Shown here piece after piece: positions 62,523 to 64,000 of a stretch of DNA of 64,000 nucleotides (position 1 is the first letter of the stretch; each line of letters begins with the position of its first letter). Location: assembly GCA_951406725.2 (NCBI GenBank), contig OX597827.1, positions 7,006,001 through 7,070,000 on the forward strand, written 5' to 3'. The notes beneath the pieces are model-generated. The model did no database searches. It was not told the DNA's origin and worked only from the letters and a program-made list of their open reading frames with translations. The position numbers and the translations under genes were made by a program. This stretch comes from Octopus vulgaris (lineage: Eukaryota).

Positions 62523-62734
62523 CTCTCTTTTACTCTTTTACTTGTTTCAGTCATTTGACTGCGGCCATGATGGAGCACCGCCTTTAATCGAGCAACTCGA
62601 CCCCGGGACTTATTCTTTTGTAAGCCCAGTACTTATTCTATCGGTCTCTTCTGCCGAACCGCTAAGTGACGGGGATGTAAACACACCAGCATCGGTTGTC
62701 AAGCAATGCTAGGGGGACAAACACAGACACACAA

Positions 62735-62769
<35 letters not shown>

Positions 62770-62945
62770 CATACATATATACGACAGGCTTCTTTCAGTT
62801 TCCATCTACCAAATCCACTCACAAGGCTTTGGTCGGCCCGAGGCTATAGTAGAAGACACTTTCCCAAGGTGCCACGCAGTGGGACTGAACCGGGAACCAT
62901 GTGGTTGGTAAGCAAGCTACTTACCACACAGCCACTCCTGCGCCT
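62523..62945 (-). mobile_element. tRNA-derived SINE (family 1)
   Basis: Reverse complement of 35423-35856. Confidence 0.85.
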
Positions 62946-63233
62946 ATGTGAATAATGCGTCACTTTAAGAGAAGCTGTAGTGTCTATACATACATACATA
63001 GGGTCATCATTTATTAGTATGTATAATTGAGTAGCATGCAGCTGTACCATGCTTTGTTAATCATGGGCTGAATACACTTGGGAACATACATATATACATA
63101 CATACATACATATGTAGTATTCTTAATTACAACATGCAATAGATTCTGCGTGCTTAATACAATGAAATATTGAACTCTTTTATAGTTTTACATGCATAAT
63201 AAAGAGCACACATAAACACAAACATAGAGAAAC

Positions 63234-63289
<56 letters not shown>
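63234..63289. repeat. (GATA)n microsatellite
   Basis: Directly visible. Confidence 0.95.
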
Positions 63290-64000
63290 CGACCATGTAA
63301 ATTGAATTTAACTCGTATCTGACAACGAATACACAAATGTTAAACAAAGTAATCAATATAAACAAAAATTAATGATACGAATAAAAACTAAATATAAAGC
63401 CCCTGAAAACACTTTTCTCATCTGAATCTAACAGAACTCATTAGATTTTGAGATTACTTTGAATATTAGTACATGCACAATTAGTGTTGAATCTTATGTT
63501 AATTGACTCCAAGTCAACCATGATCGACAATTGTTGATCCCTATACGACACAACGAAATGTCTCCTGCCCATTCGAATGACGAATAGAGTGGGATTTGAG
63601 TGAGGTATGGGTGTTATTTTCAATAATCACGTTATGGCTCTATCGTTGGGTCACTAAGAATAAACTCTCTTGCAATGTGAGGAAAATTAGCTGCTATTTC
63701 TAATAGTCCCAATAACCACATAATGGCTCGATCGTGGGTTCATTAGAAGTAATCTCCCTTGATGATGAATCTGCCTAAGCTATCATTTAAAATTAATAAC
63801 AACCTACTGGAAATAGACTGTGCTATATTTTAAAATGAAACGAAAAAAAATATAAAAAAAAAGAAAAAAAGAAAAATAAATCAACGTAATCTACATCTTG
63901 TAATAATCACGCTTATTATTAACTTATATTATTATATTATTAACTTATATTCTAACTAAATATGACTTGATTGAGAAATATTGTATAAAACAAATACAGT

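Overview
AT-rich, microsatellite- and SINE-rich animal DNA, most likely octopus/coleoid cephalopod (inferred from repeat content and gene type). The window is part of a head-to-tail tandem cluster of protocadherin genes, all on the minus strand, labelled A-G here. Each complete unit has the same four-exon layout: a non-coding 5' exon within a conserved promoter-like block; a ~2.4 kb exon (signal peptide, EC1-EC6, TM, juxtamembrane; phase-0 donor); a 151-nt exon with a DSGH motif (phase-1 donor); and a proline-rich last exon. B, D, E and F are complete. G lacks only its 5' exon (predicted just past the window end) and A is cut by the window start. C is an orphan 3' module with intact tail exons but no ectodomain or promoter. 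Main observations: (1) a conserved promoter cassette before each gene, (2) near-identical EC5-EC6-TM DNA versus divergent EC2-EC3, suggesting gene conversion, (3) the orphan, splice-compatible tail module, (4) a shared EC3-EC4 linker lacking Ca2+ motifs, (5) intronic hammerhead-ribozyme motifs and long hairpins, (6) a 10 x 232 bp array. Mobile DNA includes mariner, Penelope-like, CR1/L2, Helitron-like, piggyBac-type MITE, LTR and SINE remnants. All alignments were done by eye.
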